Positions 1-9,252 of a stretch of DNA of 64,000 nt are shown piece after piece. The DNA lies in the IMG/VR virus record IMGVR_UViG_3300025869_002060, positions 1 through 64,000 of that record. One strand, given 5' to 3'. Position numbers and translations under genes: made by a program. Each line of letters opens with the position of its first letter. Within the stretch, counting starts at the first letter, position 1. A model generated the notes under the pieces. The model saw nothing but the letters and a program-made list of their open reading frames with translations. It was not told where the DNA came from and did not search any database.

Positions 1-29
1 GTCTCAATCAAAAAAACATTGACCCGACT

Positions 30-293
30 ATGGAAGCGTGGTTGCGTGACGCATGTCTTGATCTTGCAAAAGCAAGAGAGAAGGACACTTCTCTTGAAGC
101 GGATAATGAAAAACTCAAGAACATTCTCCGCAAGGCATTTCCAGAAAAGTCTGGCCATTTCTTTATCTGTGGTGAATCGGGTGAAAAAGATTCGATGGGA
201 TTGCCCGATAGACTGTTCGTCTGCCCAGCATATGGCCTAGATGGATTTGCAGTCTATAAGAAAGATCGTGACTATGATGCGCCGGGGTGGTAA
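30..293 (+). CDS. hypothetical phage protein
   Basis: 87-aa ORF at the head of a tightly packed + strand run; may start upstream of the window. Confidence 0.55.
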   Translation: MEAWLRDACLDLAKAREKDTSLEADNEKLKNILRKAFPEKSGHFFICGESGEKDSMGLPDRLFVCPAYGLDGFAVYKKDRDYDAPGW

Positions 294-294
294 T

Positions 295-654
295 ATGAAA
301 GTTAAAATAAGCTATAGCACTAATTGGATGGGACCTGTTTCTACTCGTTGGTATGAAGAGAACAATATACCTTACGTGTTAAAAACAACGAGTGGAAAAT
401 TTGGTCCTGCTACAGAGTACAAAGACTTTACTGAATCATATTCTTGTGGACGTATAGATATTCGTGGTGTACCAGATGAACCCTGGGGATTAGAATACGG
501 TTTACCAATAATGCACGGAGAAGACTGGAACGCACTCAGTGACTATCTTGAGGAGTTAACAACCGAAGAACTAGTGCCGTATAATACACTTATAGAACAG
601 TTTGAAACACACTATGGAAAAAAGATAAGGTGGAAAGAATATTGTTATGATTAA
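295..654 (+). CDS. hypothetical phage protein
   Basis: ORF 241..654; likely start ATG 295 just after the previous stop; overlaps the next gene. Confidence 0.65.
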   Translation: MKVKISYSTNWMGPVSTRWYEENNIPYVLKTTSGKFGPATEYKDFTESYSCGRIDIRGVPDEPWGLEYGLPIMHGEDWNALSDYLEELTTEELVPYNTLIEQFETHYGKKIRWKEYCYD

Positions 655-1054
655 ACATGAACCACAATTTGATACTGATAAGATTTGCAAACACTATTCA
701 GAAAAGGATGGAGTTCCGGTCAAGTATGTGTGTACGTCTGCACTAGGACACGAAGAACAAGCGATGGATATCTTCTATCGTAATACTCCCCATCCTGAGT
801 TTGGTAATAGATACATGGGCCTTTATTATCACCCAATGAGCGGCAATCTAATGATTACTAATGCTGATAGGATTGAACAAGCAGAGTTTGGTCTTGTAGA
901 AGATGATGATGGTAATCTACAGTATAGTGCCCATCGACATGATTATAAACGGTTTAAGAATGGCAATATGATTGATGGTGGTCGAGCATACATTAAGTCA
1001 AGTGGTTGTCCAATTCATATGCATGTTGTTCGTGATGGCGAAATGGTGAAATAG
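647..1054 (+). CDS. hypothetical phage protein
   Basis: 135-aa ORF coupled to its neighbours; ends in a YSxHRHDY...IDGGRAY segment. Confidence 0.7.
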   Translation: MIKHEPQFDTDKICKHYSEKDGVPVKYVCTSALGHEEQAMDIFYRNTPHPEFGNRYMGLYYHPMSGNLMITNADRIEQAEFGLVEDDDGNLQYSAHRHDYKRFKNGNMIDGGRAYIKSSGCPIHMHVVRDGEMVK

Positions 1055-1063
1055 GCGTTTTAT

Positions 1064-1315
1064 ATGACTAAAAAAATAATTCATATCAATCGTAATATCA
1101 TTCAACAGAATGAGAAGCACGGTAGAAAACTACCAGTGTGTCGTATTGATATGGATGGTAATACATGGTATGGTAGCAGAATTGAGATTCTTGGACCAAG
1201 CGAAATGATATACAGCCCAGATAAACCACGATCTTGTGGTGCTAAGTTGTGGATTGAAACTCAAGCGGATGTAGTGATTCACGATAAGACAACATTTAGC
1301 GAGATGAAGTTATGA
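1064..1315 (+). CDS. hypothetical phage protein
   Basis: 83-aa ORF beginning IIHINRNIIQQN; stop overlaps the next ATG (ATGA). Confidence 0.65.
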   Translation: MTKKIIHINRNIIQQNEKHGRKLPVCRIDMDGNTWYGSRIEILGPSEMIYSPDKPRSCGAKLWIETQADVVIHDKTTFSEMKL

Positions 1316-1428
1316 AGATACTCGCAGTTATTCTTGTTGCATTTTCAATCTCGGCTTGTTCAGTGTTAACACCTGTCAAGGTTGCTTATCAAGTTGTAAA
1401 GTTTCCAATTGATCTGGTACTTGACTAA
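1312..1428 (+). CDS. small putative lipoprotein (38 aa)
   Basis: Read manually: MKILAVILVAFSISAC-SVLTPVKVAYQVVKFPIDLVLD; signal peptide with lipobox-like ISAC; below the ORF-track cutoff. Confidence 0.55.
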   Translation: MKILAVILVAFSISACSVLTPVKVAYQVVKFPIDLVLD

Positions 1429-1590
1429 TGATTAATTGCCTGCGTTAATATGTAGCACCCTCCACTTCTAGCATAGTTCTTGCATACTGTTAACTAGTCA
1501 TTAACGATATGGTTAATGAACATGCAGTTAATTGTAAATAATTTATAATAGTAAGAATTTACAATACTAATAGGAGTTGGAGGACTTAGA

Positions 1591-2130
1591 ATGAAGTATT
1601 GCACCGCAGTTATTTCTGCCTTGTTGGCGCTTGTCTTGAGTATGACTGTAGCGAATGCACAAACTAACACAGTAACATCAACTGTAACAGGTACAAATAC
1701 CGTTACCGGCACTACAACTGTAGACAAAACCCCGCCAACCGCAAGTGCTCCTAGTATTGTTATTAACAATAGTGATGTTTGCAAGAGTGCATACAGTGCT
1801 GGTGTACAAACACAGATACTTGGCATAGCAAGTGGTATTACAGTTACAGATGAGAATTGTGAAAGACTTAAACTTGCTCGTAGTTTATACGGAATGGGTA
1901 TGAAGGTTGCGGCCGTCAGTGCATTATGTCAAGACGCTCGTGTATTTGATGCAATGGTAATGGCAGGTACACCTTGTCCTTATAAAGGAAAGATTGGTGA
2001 CGAAGCATTAAAGAAATGGAAAGCAAATTCCGAAGATATACCAAGTGGTAGCCAAATATTAGATTCAAAAAAAAAGAAGGAGTTGAACTCGGAGAGGACG
2101 AACGACGACTATCCGGGGGACAACAACTAA
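1591..2130 (+). CDS. secreted/membrane Cys-containing phage protein
   Basis: GGAGG SD; N-terminal signal peptide; T/V-rich linker; Cys motifs DVC, NCERLKLARSL, LCQD, GTPCP. Confidence 0.75.
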   Translation: MKYCTAVISALLALVLSMTVANAQTNTVTSTVTGTNTVTGTTTVDKTPPTASAPSIVINNSDVCKSAYSAGVQTQILGIASGITVTDENCERLKLARSLYGMGMKVAAVSALCQDARVFDAMVMAGTPCPYKGKIGDEALKKWKANSEDIPSGSQILDSKKKKELNSERTNDDYPGDNN

Positions 2131-2202
2131 ACTATGTTGAAGGCGCTGACTACGGAAACATTAAAGACGATTACAAAGATAGCGACGCCCACGAAAAGAA
2201 AC

Positions 2203-4275
2203 ATGAAATTAACCCGTGGCAGGCAATTGGGATTGCTGTGGGTATTGGTAGCTTGTTCTTTGGTGTTCCAATCGTCTTATTCTAATGCTGATGTAGGTGG
2301 TACAGGGCCAAACGGCGGAGTTATTACATCAGAAACATTAGTTATCAATCCTGTTAGCACAACAGTTACAGATTTAGGTAATGGTTTTCAACGTGAAACT
2401 GTAATAGAATCACATGTAACTACAATCATTGAAGATGTAACAACCCAAGAAGAACAACAAATAACTACTCAAGTAACAACGACAGAAACACGAGATGTTA
2501 CAACTGAAGTGGTTACCGAAAACACCTCAAGTAATTATTTAACCAATCCTAGTTTTGATGATAGCACCACTAGTGCAACAGGCTGGACCTCAACAGGTAC
2601 TCCAAACAATCCTATTGGAACGGCTACAGGACAAAGCACACAAAATTGTTTTGGTACAATCACTGGCGGAAATTGTGCTAAAACCGGAAACCTTGCTGGT
2701 GGTGGAACTACGTTAAGTCAAACCGTTGACTTATTTGATAAAATGAATCAAACTTCGGTCAACAGAGGATTTGATTTAAGGTATGGTGCTCAAGTAGCAT
2801 CACACGAATCTAATGCAAGTGTTCCTGTTTGTACGTCAACTGGATTCTCAGCCGCAGGTGGAGATTGTAGAGATACATATAGTATTGGTATGCAAATTAA
2901 AGATAGTAATGGTACAGTATTGCATAATTTTTTACATGAATTTAATAATATAACTTTTACTGGACTACAAGACAATTATTTTACTCAAGCAATACCTTCA
3001 AATAGTTATACCAGTGCTTTTGCTACATTAAATCTACATGGAATTGATATGGGATTTAATAGCGGATCATTTGGACCAACATTTGACGAAGCCATTGTAC
3101 AAACAACGTTTGATGTTATAACTTATGTAACAACTCAAGTAATTGATACCATTATTACAGATGTTACTTCCACAATATTAGTTGATGTAACCAACTCAGT
3201 TAGCTCAACAACATCACAAGATGTTACTACAATTACAGATACATTTGTAGGACTGCCAGTTGAAGATACTCCTGTGGTTACTGAGCCTATTGAACCAACA
3301 ACACCGGAAGTAGAAATAGTTGACACCACAACAACTGAAGATTCTACAACTGAGACTTCGTTTACTGTAGAAGTAACTAACACCAATGGCGAACAAATAG
3401 AAAGTTTTGAAGTTTCAGTTGAAACCAATATTGATACCGGCATAGCAGAAATTACTGTAGCAGATGCATCTGGCGGAGTACAATCATTTGAAGGACCAGT
3501 AACTGAAGTAGCACAAGTTGATACACAGGTAGCGGCTGTTGAAACACAAATTGAAGCACAAGTCGAATCACAAGTTGAAGCACAAGTTGAAGCACAAGTT
3601 GAAGTAGCAGATTCTTCCACAGAAGCTACAACTGAAAGCACACCTAGTGGATTACGTCCTGACAGTCAACAAGCTGAAGCTGAACCAGAAGCAACAGTAG
3701 AAGTAGAGAGTACTACTGAGAGTTCAAATGAGACAGAAGAAGTAAATACACAGACAGCAGAGGCAGAAGTTGAAGTAGAAACAGAAGAATCTTCGAATAA
3801 TTCCAATGAACAATCCTCTGAGGAGTCGTCGCAGGAGGAAACAAATGACGGGAATGATAACAGTGAGAGCGATGGAAATGAGTCCACTGGGACCGCCAAC
3901 GCCAAAAAAACCAAAGAAGAAAAATCAGATTCTGAGAATAAAAGCACAACTCAAAAAACTAAGCCTAAGCAAGTTAAGTCTAAAGCAGAACTAAAAAAGC
4001 AAGTTGCCGCCGCAGTAGTATCTAAGATTGTTGAAAAACTTGGAACTGATAGTGTAAGCCAAGGAACACAACTAGCACTGATGAACTTGATTGGAGCAGA
4101 TATAACATCAACTGGTGCAACTCTAGTAGACCGTTCAACAACTGAATGGTATAGTTCAACCAAAGTAATTCCGGACCAACCACAACTAGTAGATTTGTTA
4201 TCTGCACCTTTTGCATTGGCTCAAGACAGAGCAATGAACGCCTTAGTTGATTTTCAATACCAAAATTTGAAATGA
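2203..4275 (+). CDS. large secreted acidic, T/E-rich protein
   Basis: ORF 2134..4275; signal-like start at 2203 (MKLTRGRQLGLLWVLVACS); beta-rich N-half; low-complexity EAQV/acidic stalk. Confidence 0.7.
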   Translation: MKLTRGRQLGLLWVLVACSLVFQSSYSNADVGGTGPNGGVITSETLVINPVSTTVTDLGNGFQRETVIESHVTTIIEDVTTQEEQQITTQVTTTETRDVTTEVVTENTSSNYLTNPSFDDSTTSATGWTSTGTPNNPIGTATGQSTQNCFGTITGGNCAKTGNLAGGGTTLSQTVDLFDKMNQTSVNRGFDLRYGAQVASHESNASVPVCTSTGFSAAGGDCRDTYSIGMQIKDSNGTVLHNFLHEFNNITFTGLQDNYFTQAIPSNSYTSAFATLNLHGIDMGFNSGSFGPTFDEAIVQTTFDVITYVTTQVIDTIITDVTSTILVDVTNSVSSTTSQDVTTITDTFVGLPVEDTPVVTEPIEPTTPEVEIVDTTTTEDSTTETSFTVEVTNTNGEQIESFEVSVETNIDTGIAEITVADASGGVQSFEGPVTEVAQVDTQVAAVETQIEAQVESQVEAQVEAQVEVADSSTEATTESTPSGLRPDSQQAEAEPEATVEVESTTESSNETEEVNTQTAEAEVEVETEESSNNSNEQSSEESSQEETNDGNDNSESDGNESTGTANAKKTKEEKSDSENKSTTQKTKPKQVKSKAELKKQVAAAVVSKIVEKLGTDSVSQGTQLALMNLIGADITSTGATLVDRSTTEWYSSTKVIPDQPQLVDLLSAPFALAQDRAMNALVDFQYQNLK

Positions 4276-4283
4276 TATAAATA
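4276..4283 (+). promoter_or_regulatory. T4-type late promoter box TATAAATA
   Basis: Exact TATAAATA about 55 nt upstream of the 4338 start (AGGAGA SD). Similar TATAAATA boxes at 10745 and 22117; TAAATA cores near 12184, 14184, 47808, 53794, 54746 and 58770. Confidence 0.6.
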
Positions 4284-4337
4284 TAGTCGTTACTATAACG
4301 ATTTATAAATCATAACAAACTAGGAGAATCCTCAACT

Positions 4338-6149
4338 ATGAGTGCAGAACAAGATAAGGCCAATGCCGAGGCCAAAAAAAGTCAGGCAGAATCTCAAAAA
4401 AATCAAGCAAACAATGACTTACAACAAGCAAAACGTAATGAGTCAACTGCTAACAACAATTTATCACATGCAAAAGATGAACAAGCAAAAGCAGTACAAA
4501 GTCAATCATCAGCTGAATCTAATCTAAAACAAGCCGACGATGCACACGAACAAGCAATCAAAGACGAACAAGAAAAAGCAGAAGCCGTTTCGGCCGCACA
4601 AGCAGAACTTGACAAAGTTCAAGCTGATCTTATTGCAGTATCAAAACCTCAATACACTATTAATACAGTAGCAAGTGTTGAATTAGGTACTAGCGATTCT
4701 GTGGGAAACGATCAAGCAGGTGCTAGTTACGAAGCACAGGCTGGAGCAAGTGCAGAGGCCGGAGCAAGTGCAGGCTACGAAGTAACAGACCATTCAGTTG
4801 CCGTCGGTGCTGAAGCTCATGCTAGTGCAGAAGCTAGTGCAAGTGCAGGTGCTGAAGCTCATGCAGAACAAGATTTAGGTCCTATTGGAACTGCTCATGC
4901 AGACACAAGTGCAGAAGCAGAAGCTCATGCAAAAGCCGAAGCAGAAGCTCATGCAAATGCAAGTGGTGGATGGGACGGAAGTGATGCAACTGTAGCCGCT
5001 GACGTTGGAGCAAGTGCAAGTGCAGAAGCCGGCGTAAGTGGAAGTGTTGATGCTGAAGTTGGGCTAGATACACCATTGGGTGATATTAGTGTTGATGCTG
5101 GCGCAGACGGTGATGCTGGCGTACATGCAGAAGCATATGCAGAAGCTGGTGCTCATGCCAGTGTTGGTGAGCATGGTGTTGACGTAGGTGGCGGTGCTAT
5201 TGCTGGTGCAAACGTTGGTGCTGGTGCAGAAGGGTCTGCTCACTTAGGTGGAGCAGAGGTAAGTGCAGGTACAGAAGTAAGCATTGGTGCACAGATTGGC
5301 GCTCAAGGCTCAGCACATGCCACATATGAAAATGATACAATCTCTTTTGGTATTGACGGACAAGCCGCAATACTAGTTGGTTTAGATGTTGATGTAAACG
5401 TTGATATTGATATTGGACCATTGGTAGACGGTGCTCAAGCAATACTAGATGCAGGTGGAACCATCGACGAAGCAATGGACCATGTTACAGATGGTATTGA
5501 CAAAGCACAAGATGAAGCAATTAAAGTTACAAAACAAGCACAGGAAACTGCTAAACAAGCAGAGAAAGTTGCTAACGATGCATACAATGGTGCAAAAGAA
5601 GCAACTAAAGCAACAGAGAAAGCAGTCAATGATGCTTCAGAAGCTGTTACTAATGCCGCTAATGATGTAGCACATTGGGGACAAGATGTTGCTAGTGCAA
5701 CTGCTGATGCGTTAAGTGCCAAGAACATGCAAAAGGCCGCACAACAAACTATTAATGCATGTAACAATACAATTAACCAAGCAAACAACGCAATCAATAG
5801 TGCTGAACGTGCTATTACCGATGCCGCCAACGCCGCCGCAAAAGCCGCACAAGATGCCGCCAACGCCGCCGCTAATGCCGCAAAGAATGCCGCTAAGAGT
5901 GTTTCTAAAGGTGCAAAGAAAGCATGGAAGAGCGTGTTTAGTGACATTCGACTTAAAGAAAATGTGGAGTTCGCTGGAACTATTGAAGGTATTAACACAT
6001 ATACTTACAACTATGTTTGGAGTAGTGAAAAGCATACAGGTGTAATGGCTCAAGAACTACTTGGTACAAAACATGATGATGCAGTTGAAATGCATGATTC
6101 AGGTTATTATCAAGTTGACTATAGCAAACTACCTCTAAAGATGATGTAA
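4338..6149 (+). CDS. coiled-coil/Ala-Gly beta-repeat protein with C-terminal intramolecular chaperone (peptidase S74-like) domain
   Basis: C-terminus FSDIRLKENV...GVMAQEL...GYYQVDYSKL is typical of S74 autocleaving chaperones; heptad-like A/Q/K stalks flank a central AxAxAxAG-rich region. Confidence 0.7.
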   Translation: MSAEQDKANAEAKKSQAESQKNQANNDLQQAKRNESTANNNLSHAKDEQAKAVQSQSSAESNLKQADDAHEQAIKDEQEKAEAVSAAQAELDKVQADLIAVSKPQYTINTVASVELGTSDSVGNDQAGASYEAQAGASAEAGASAGYEVTDHSVAVGAEAHASAEASASAGAEAHAEQDLGPIGTAHADTSAEAEAHAKAEAEAHANASGGWDGSDATVAADVGASASAEAGVSGSVDAEVGLDTPLGDISVDAGADGDAGVHAEAYAEAGAHASVGEHGVDVGGGAIAGANVGAGAEGSAHLGGAEVSAGTEVSIGAQIGAQGSAHATYENDTISFGIDGQAAILVGLDVDVNVDIDIGPLVDGAQAILDAGGTIDEAMDHVTDGIDKAQDEAIKVTKQAQETAKQAEKVANDAYNGAKEATKATEKAVNDASEAVTNAANDVAHWGQDVASATADALSAKNMQKAAQQTINACNNTINQANNAINSAERAITDAANAAAKAAQDAANAAANAAKNAAKSVSKGAKKAWKSVFSDIRLKENVEFAGTIEGINTYTYNYVWSSEKHTGVMAQELLGTKHDDAVEMHDSGYYQVDYSKLPLKMM

Positions 6150-6156
6150 TTCTATC

Positions 6157-6738
6157 TTGGTACAAGTAGTAGACTTATACAAAGTACAATATTTGACTGG
6201 GCGTTTTGAAACAGTAGACGCCCAGTCAATTGCATCTATGGTATTGAAACGATACCATAAAAATATGGTAATGGATAAAGACTCTGACAGTATACGTAAC
6301 GAAGATGTTCGTATTGAGTTTAACAGAGATATACAGAATCTTGCATCACTGTTTTGTAAAACTTGGGAAGCACATTATCCAGACCAACCAATTGAATTGT
6401 GTTGGAATTCAACTATTAAAGAAGATCCAAATACAGCATTTTGGGCTGTAGTGCATAGCAAAGGTGAAATGACCAACTTGCACTCACATGAATCAGCTGA
6501 AAACTATGAAAACGGAGCACATGTCAGTGCCGCTTTTTGGGTGCAATGCCAAGAAGGTAGCGGTGACTTTGTTTTTCAGTACAAACCAAATCCTTACGAT
6601 ATACAACAACATATAATTAAACCACACGTTGGTGGTTTTGCTCTATTCAATAGTACCATTCCTCATTTTGTAACAAAGAATCTTACCGATAGCCTACGTA
6701 TTGTTATTAGCATGAACTTTAAACTAAAATCCAGCTAA
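6157..6738 (+). CDS. putative 2OG-Fe(II) oxygenase
   Basis: HSH...SAAFWV...PHFV...RIVISMNF pattern of double-stranded beta-helix oxygenases. Confidence 0.6.
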   Translation: MVQVVDLYKVQYLTGRFETVDAQSIASMVLKRYHKNMVMDKDSDSIRNEDVRIEFNRDIQNLASLFCKTWEAHYPDQPIELCWNSTIKEDPNTAFWAVVHSKGEMTNLHSHESAENYENGAHVSAAFWVQCQEGSGDFVFQYKPNPYDIQQHIIKPHVGGFALFNSTIPHFVTKNLTDSLRIVISMNFKLKSS

Positions 6739-6797
6739 ATAGTTGTAGAGCTAGAACGATATACATAGGAGTAGAGTCGGGAGTATAGGAGGAGACG

Positions 6798-7268
6798 TTG
6801 GTAGATCCAATCAGTGCCGTTGCGATTGCAACAAGTGCTTACAAAGGTCTGCAGGTTGCAATTACAGCTGGACGAGAACTTGATGAAGTTGCTACAACAT
6901 TAGGTAAATGGTTTGGTGCAGTTAGTGACTTTAGAAAATCAGAACAAGAAATAAAAAACCCGCCATTATTCAAGAAGATGTTGTACAGTGGGTCAGTGGA
7001 GCAAGAAGCATTAGAAATTTTTGCACACACTAAAAAAATAGCAGAACAAGAACAAGAGTTAAAAACACTTATTTCTTTTAGATATGGCCCAAAGGCCTGG
7101 GAAGAAATGATTGAACTAAGAAGGAAGATACGAGCCGAAAGAGAAAAAACAATATACAAACAAGAGAGACGTAAAGTATTCATAATTGATTGTGTACTAG
7201 TTGTAGTTGGAATATCAATTGGGGTGGCTGTACTTGTTGGTGTAGCAATGTGGCTTGCTAGTCTTTAG
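6798..7268 (+). CDS. membrane-anchored hypothetical protein
   Basis: AGGAGG SD, TTG start; C-terminal hydrophobic helix. Confidence 0.7.
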   Translation: MVDPISAVAIATSAYKGLQVAITAGRELDEVATTLGKWFGAVSDFRKSEQEIKNPPLFKKMLYSGSVEQEALEIFAHTKKIAEQEQELKTLISFRYGPKAWEEMIELRRKIRAEREKTIYKQERRKVFIIDCVLVVVGISIGVAVLVGVAMWLASL

Positions 7269-7348
7269 ATAAACATCAAAAATTAAGCCGACCATGTAGG
7301 CTTTGAAATAAAAGATTGGAGAAATTATATATGAGGAGTTAGGCTGAA

Positions 7349-7891
7349 ATGTCGACGGAGAAGAAAGGACCCGAAGTAGAATTTGCAGGAGTGAAATTCA
7401 GAGGCGGGAAGATAGTAATATTAGTAACAGCATTATCAACTTTAGGTGGTGGATTGTATGCTGGGTTTGAGTTTTACAAAGATTATATGAACATGAGAGA
7501 AAAGATTGAGTCTTATGTTGCCCCAGACTTATCAGGATTTCAAGAGAAGATAAGTGTGATGCGTAAAGAAGTTGAATCAATGAAAGAGCTAGTTAGTGAT
7601 GCTCAAGCAACAGCAAGAGACATACGCACTGATTTAAGATCTGAAATTGGTGATCAAACAGATCAAATTGCGGCATTGGATAAACGAAGCCGCACAGCAG
7701 ATAGAGAAGTTAGAGAATCACTTCGTTCAAGTGAAAAAGATATTAGAGGTTTAATCAGTAGTACTGATAAAAGATGGGACGATAAACTGGGCAAAGTTGA
7801 TGCTCAAATAAATGCCCTTGAAACAAAAATAGATAAAAAGATAACAAAGGCTTTAGAAAATCCATTAGCCAATATGGCTACAACAAAATAA
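7349..7891 (+). CDS. membrane-anchored coiled-coil protein
   Basis: GAGGAG SD; N-terminal TM segment followed by a long coiled coil. Confidence 0.7.
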   Translation: MSTEKKGPEVEFAGVKFRGGKIVILVTALSTLGGGLYAGFEFYKDYMNMREKIESYVAPDLSGFQEKISVMRKEVESMKELVSDAQATARDIRTDLRSEIGDQTDQIAALDKRSRTADREVRESLRSSEKDIRGLISSTDKRWDDKLGKVDAQINALETKIDKKITKALENPLANMATTK

Positions 7892-8234
7892 TTAACATAT
7901 AGTATGTTAAGTAATGAAGAGCTTGGTCTATTGAAGTAATCCACCAAAACTTAACGGTGTTTTTCTCTACAGACCAGCTCTTTATTGCTGATGTCTTTAC
8001 ATAATCAATATGCCAATGAGCAATCCAGTCAATTGCTCCTGCAATTAAAGCAGTAATTGGTCCTATACCACAAATTAGAAATACCAAAGCGGTTCCTATA
8101 CCGTGTGTACCATAATGTAAGTGTGCTCTTTTACCACGATAGTTGTGCTTGTTTAGAGTACCTTGCATACTTTGTATGCCAATATCTGCTATTGCATGTT
8201 TAACCAACAGTAAAAGAAATATGTTCAAATCCAT
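7878..8234 (-). CDS. DUF3307-like membrane protein
   Basis: KHAIAD, IAHWHIDYVK and DQALH His/Asp motifs with hydrophobic helices. Confidence 0.65.
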   Translation of the reverse strand: MDLNIFLLLLVKHAIADIGIQSMQGTLNKHNYRGKRAHLHYGTHGIGTALVFLICGIGPITALIAGAIDWIAHWHIDYVKTSAIKSWSVEKNTVKFWWITSIDQALHYLTYYMLIILL

Positions 8235-8257
8235 GCATATATTTAACATATTTCTCA

Positions 8258-8716
8258 ATGATAAGTACTTTTATGAAGTACTGGTTAGAATACGTTAAAG
8301 CTGGTTACGACTTGATCATGGAAGCAGAACGCAATACGTCTGTGATACTTGATGATCCAGTAGAACTACACTTGGTACATATGTTTGCACGATCAATTGA
8401 ACGTACAGACATAGGCGAAACACCAGTTGGTGTGCTTTTAAAAAAAGCAGTGTACTTCCGAGACAGAACTAAAGTATTAGAAATTGCAGACGAATGTTTG
8501 TTAGTTCACAGTTACCCACTAAGAAGAAAAACTTGGCCTAGTGAAACATATTACATTGAACTAGGATTAATGGGATATGGATATATTGATCATCCTCACA
8601 TGAGTCAACATAATAATTTTACATTGTCAAGTAAAGTTTTAAATTTTATGTTTACTCGTTCAATTGAAGACCCACCAAACACAGATATAATTTTATCTGT
8701 TGATACTCAACACTAA
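8258..8716 (+). CDS. hypothetical protein
   Basis: 152-aa ORF divergent from the DUF3307-like gene. Confidence 0.6.
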   Translation: MISTFMKYWLEYVKAGYDLIMEAERNTSVILDDPVELHLVHMFARSIERTDIGETPVGVLLKKAVYFRDRTKVLEIADECLLVHSYPLRRKTWPSETYYIELGLMGYGYIDHPHMSQHNNFTLSSKVLNFMFTRSIEDPPNTDIILSVDTQH

Positions 8717-8726
8717 GTAAAACGAA

Positions 8727-8802
<76 letters not shown>

Positions 8803-8811
8803 AAATAAGTC

Positions 8812-8840
8812 TTGACAATACTAATAATAAATAGTATATT
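8812..8840 (+). promoter_or_regulatory. sigma70-like promoter (overlaps a TAAATA box)
   Basis: TTGACA-N17-TATATT. Confidence 0.65.
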
Positions 8841-8870
8841 ACAAGCATACTAACAGAAAGAATAGAGAAC

Positions 8871-8936
8871 ATGATCAAAACTAACACAACATATATTATT
8901 TGTTGGCCACTGCAACAGGGGTATGTTTTGACGTGA
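8871..8936 (+). CDS. putative attenuator leader peptide (21 aa, MIKTNTTYIICWPLQQGYVLT)
   Basis: Short ORF between the promoter and a terminator; Thr/Ile-rich with a single TGG codon. Confidence 0.5.
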   Translation: MIKTNTTYIICWPLQQGYVLT

Positions 8937-8958
8937 CTTTGTGATCAAAGTTATTAAT

Positions 8959-8992
8959 AAAAGCCCCTAGCATTAAGTTAGGGGCTTTTTTT
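8959..8992 (+). terminator. intrinsic terminator / attenuator hairpin abutting tRNA-Trp
   Basis: AAGCCCCTA-loop-TAGGGGCTT followed by a T-tract ending 1 nt before the tRNA. Confidence 0.8.
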
Positions 8993-9066
8993 GTGGGTGT
9001 AGTGTAATGGCAACACGGCTGATTCCAAACCAGCAAACGGGGGTTCGATTCCCTCCACCTATGCCA
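8993..9066 (+). tRNA. tRNA-Trp(CCA)
   Basis: Cloverleaf; anticodon loop TTCCAAA centred on CCA (A31-C39 mismatch); G73 discriminator; encoded CCA. Confidence 0.85.
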
Positions 9067-9068
9067 AT

Positions 9069-9167
9069 TTATCGAGCAAATTGTTGTTTACTGAGTAATG
9101 TATTGATAATGTTTTTACGGTGCTGTCTAATTAGTTTTAGATAGCAAAATAAATGAAATGTATTCAT
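9069..9167 (-). CDS. riboswitch-controlled small basic peptide (32 aa, MNTFHLFCYLKLIRQHRKNIINTLLSKQQFAR)
   Basis: AAGGAGG SD 7 nt upstream of ATG; lies directly downstream of the tandem aptamers. Confidence 0.7.
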   Translation of the reverse strand: MNTFHLFCYLKLIRQHRKNIINTLLSKQQFAR

Positions 9168-9196
9168 TTCTCACCCTCCTTGGTTAAAAGTTAGGT

Positions 9197-9245
9197 GCGT
9201 TCCTTCGGTTTCATTACCTACTTCCGTCTCTTGCGAGATGAACGA
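9197..9245 (-). ncRNA. glutamine riboswitch aptamer (glnA-type), proximal copy
   Basis: Reverse complement CGTTCA-TCTC GCAA GAGA-CGGAAGTA-GGT AATGAA ACC-GAAG-GAACGC: P1 CGUU/AACG, P2 with GNRA loop, GGAAGUA/GAAG junction, P3. Confidence 0.8.
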
Positions 9246-9252
9246 TGATAAT

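Noticed and set aside
3135-5998. Long minus-strand ORFs (3135-3641, 5435-5998 and others)
   Set aside because: Antisense shadows of low-complexity + strand genes; no SD or independent coding signal.
8993-9066. Reading this tRNA as Gly(TCC) or as a suppressor
   Set aside because: Stem register centres the loop on CCA with U33 and a G73 discriminator, so it is Trp. ORFs end normally at TAA, TAG and TGA, giving no sign of code reassignment.
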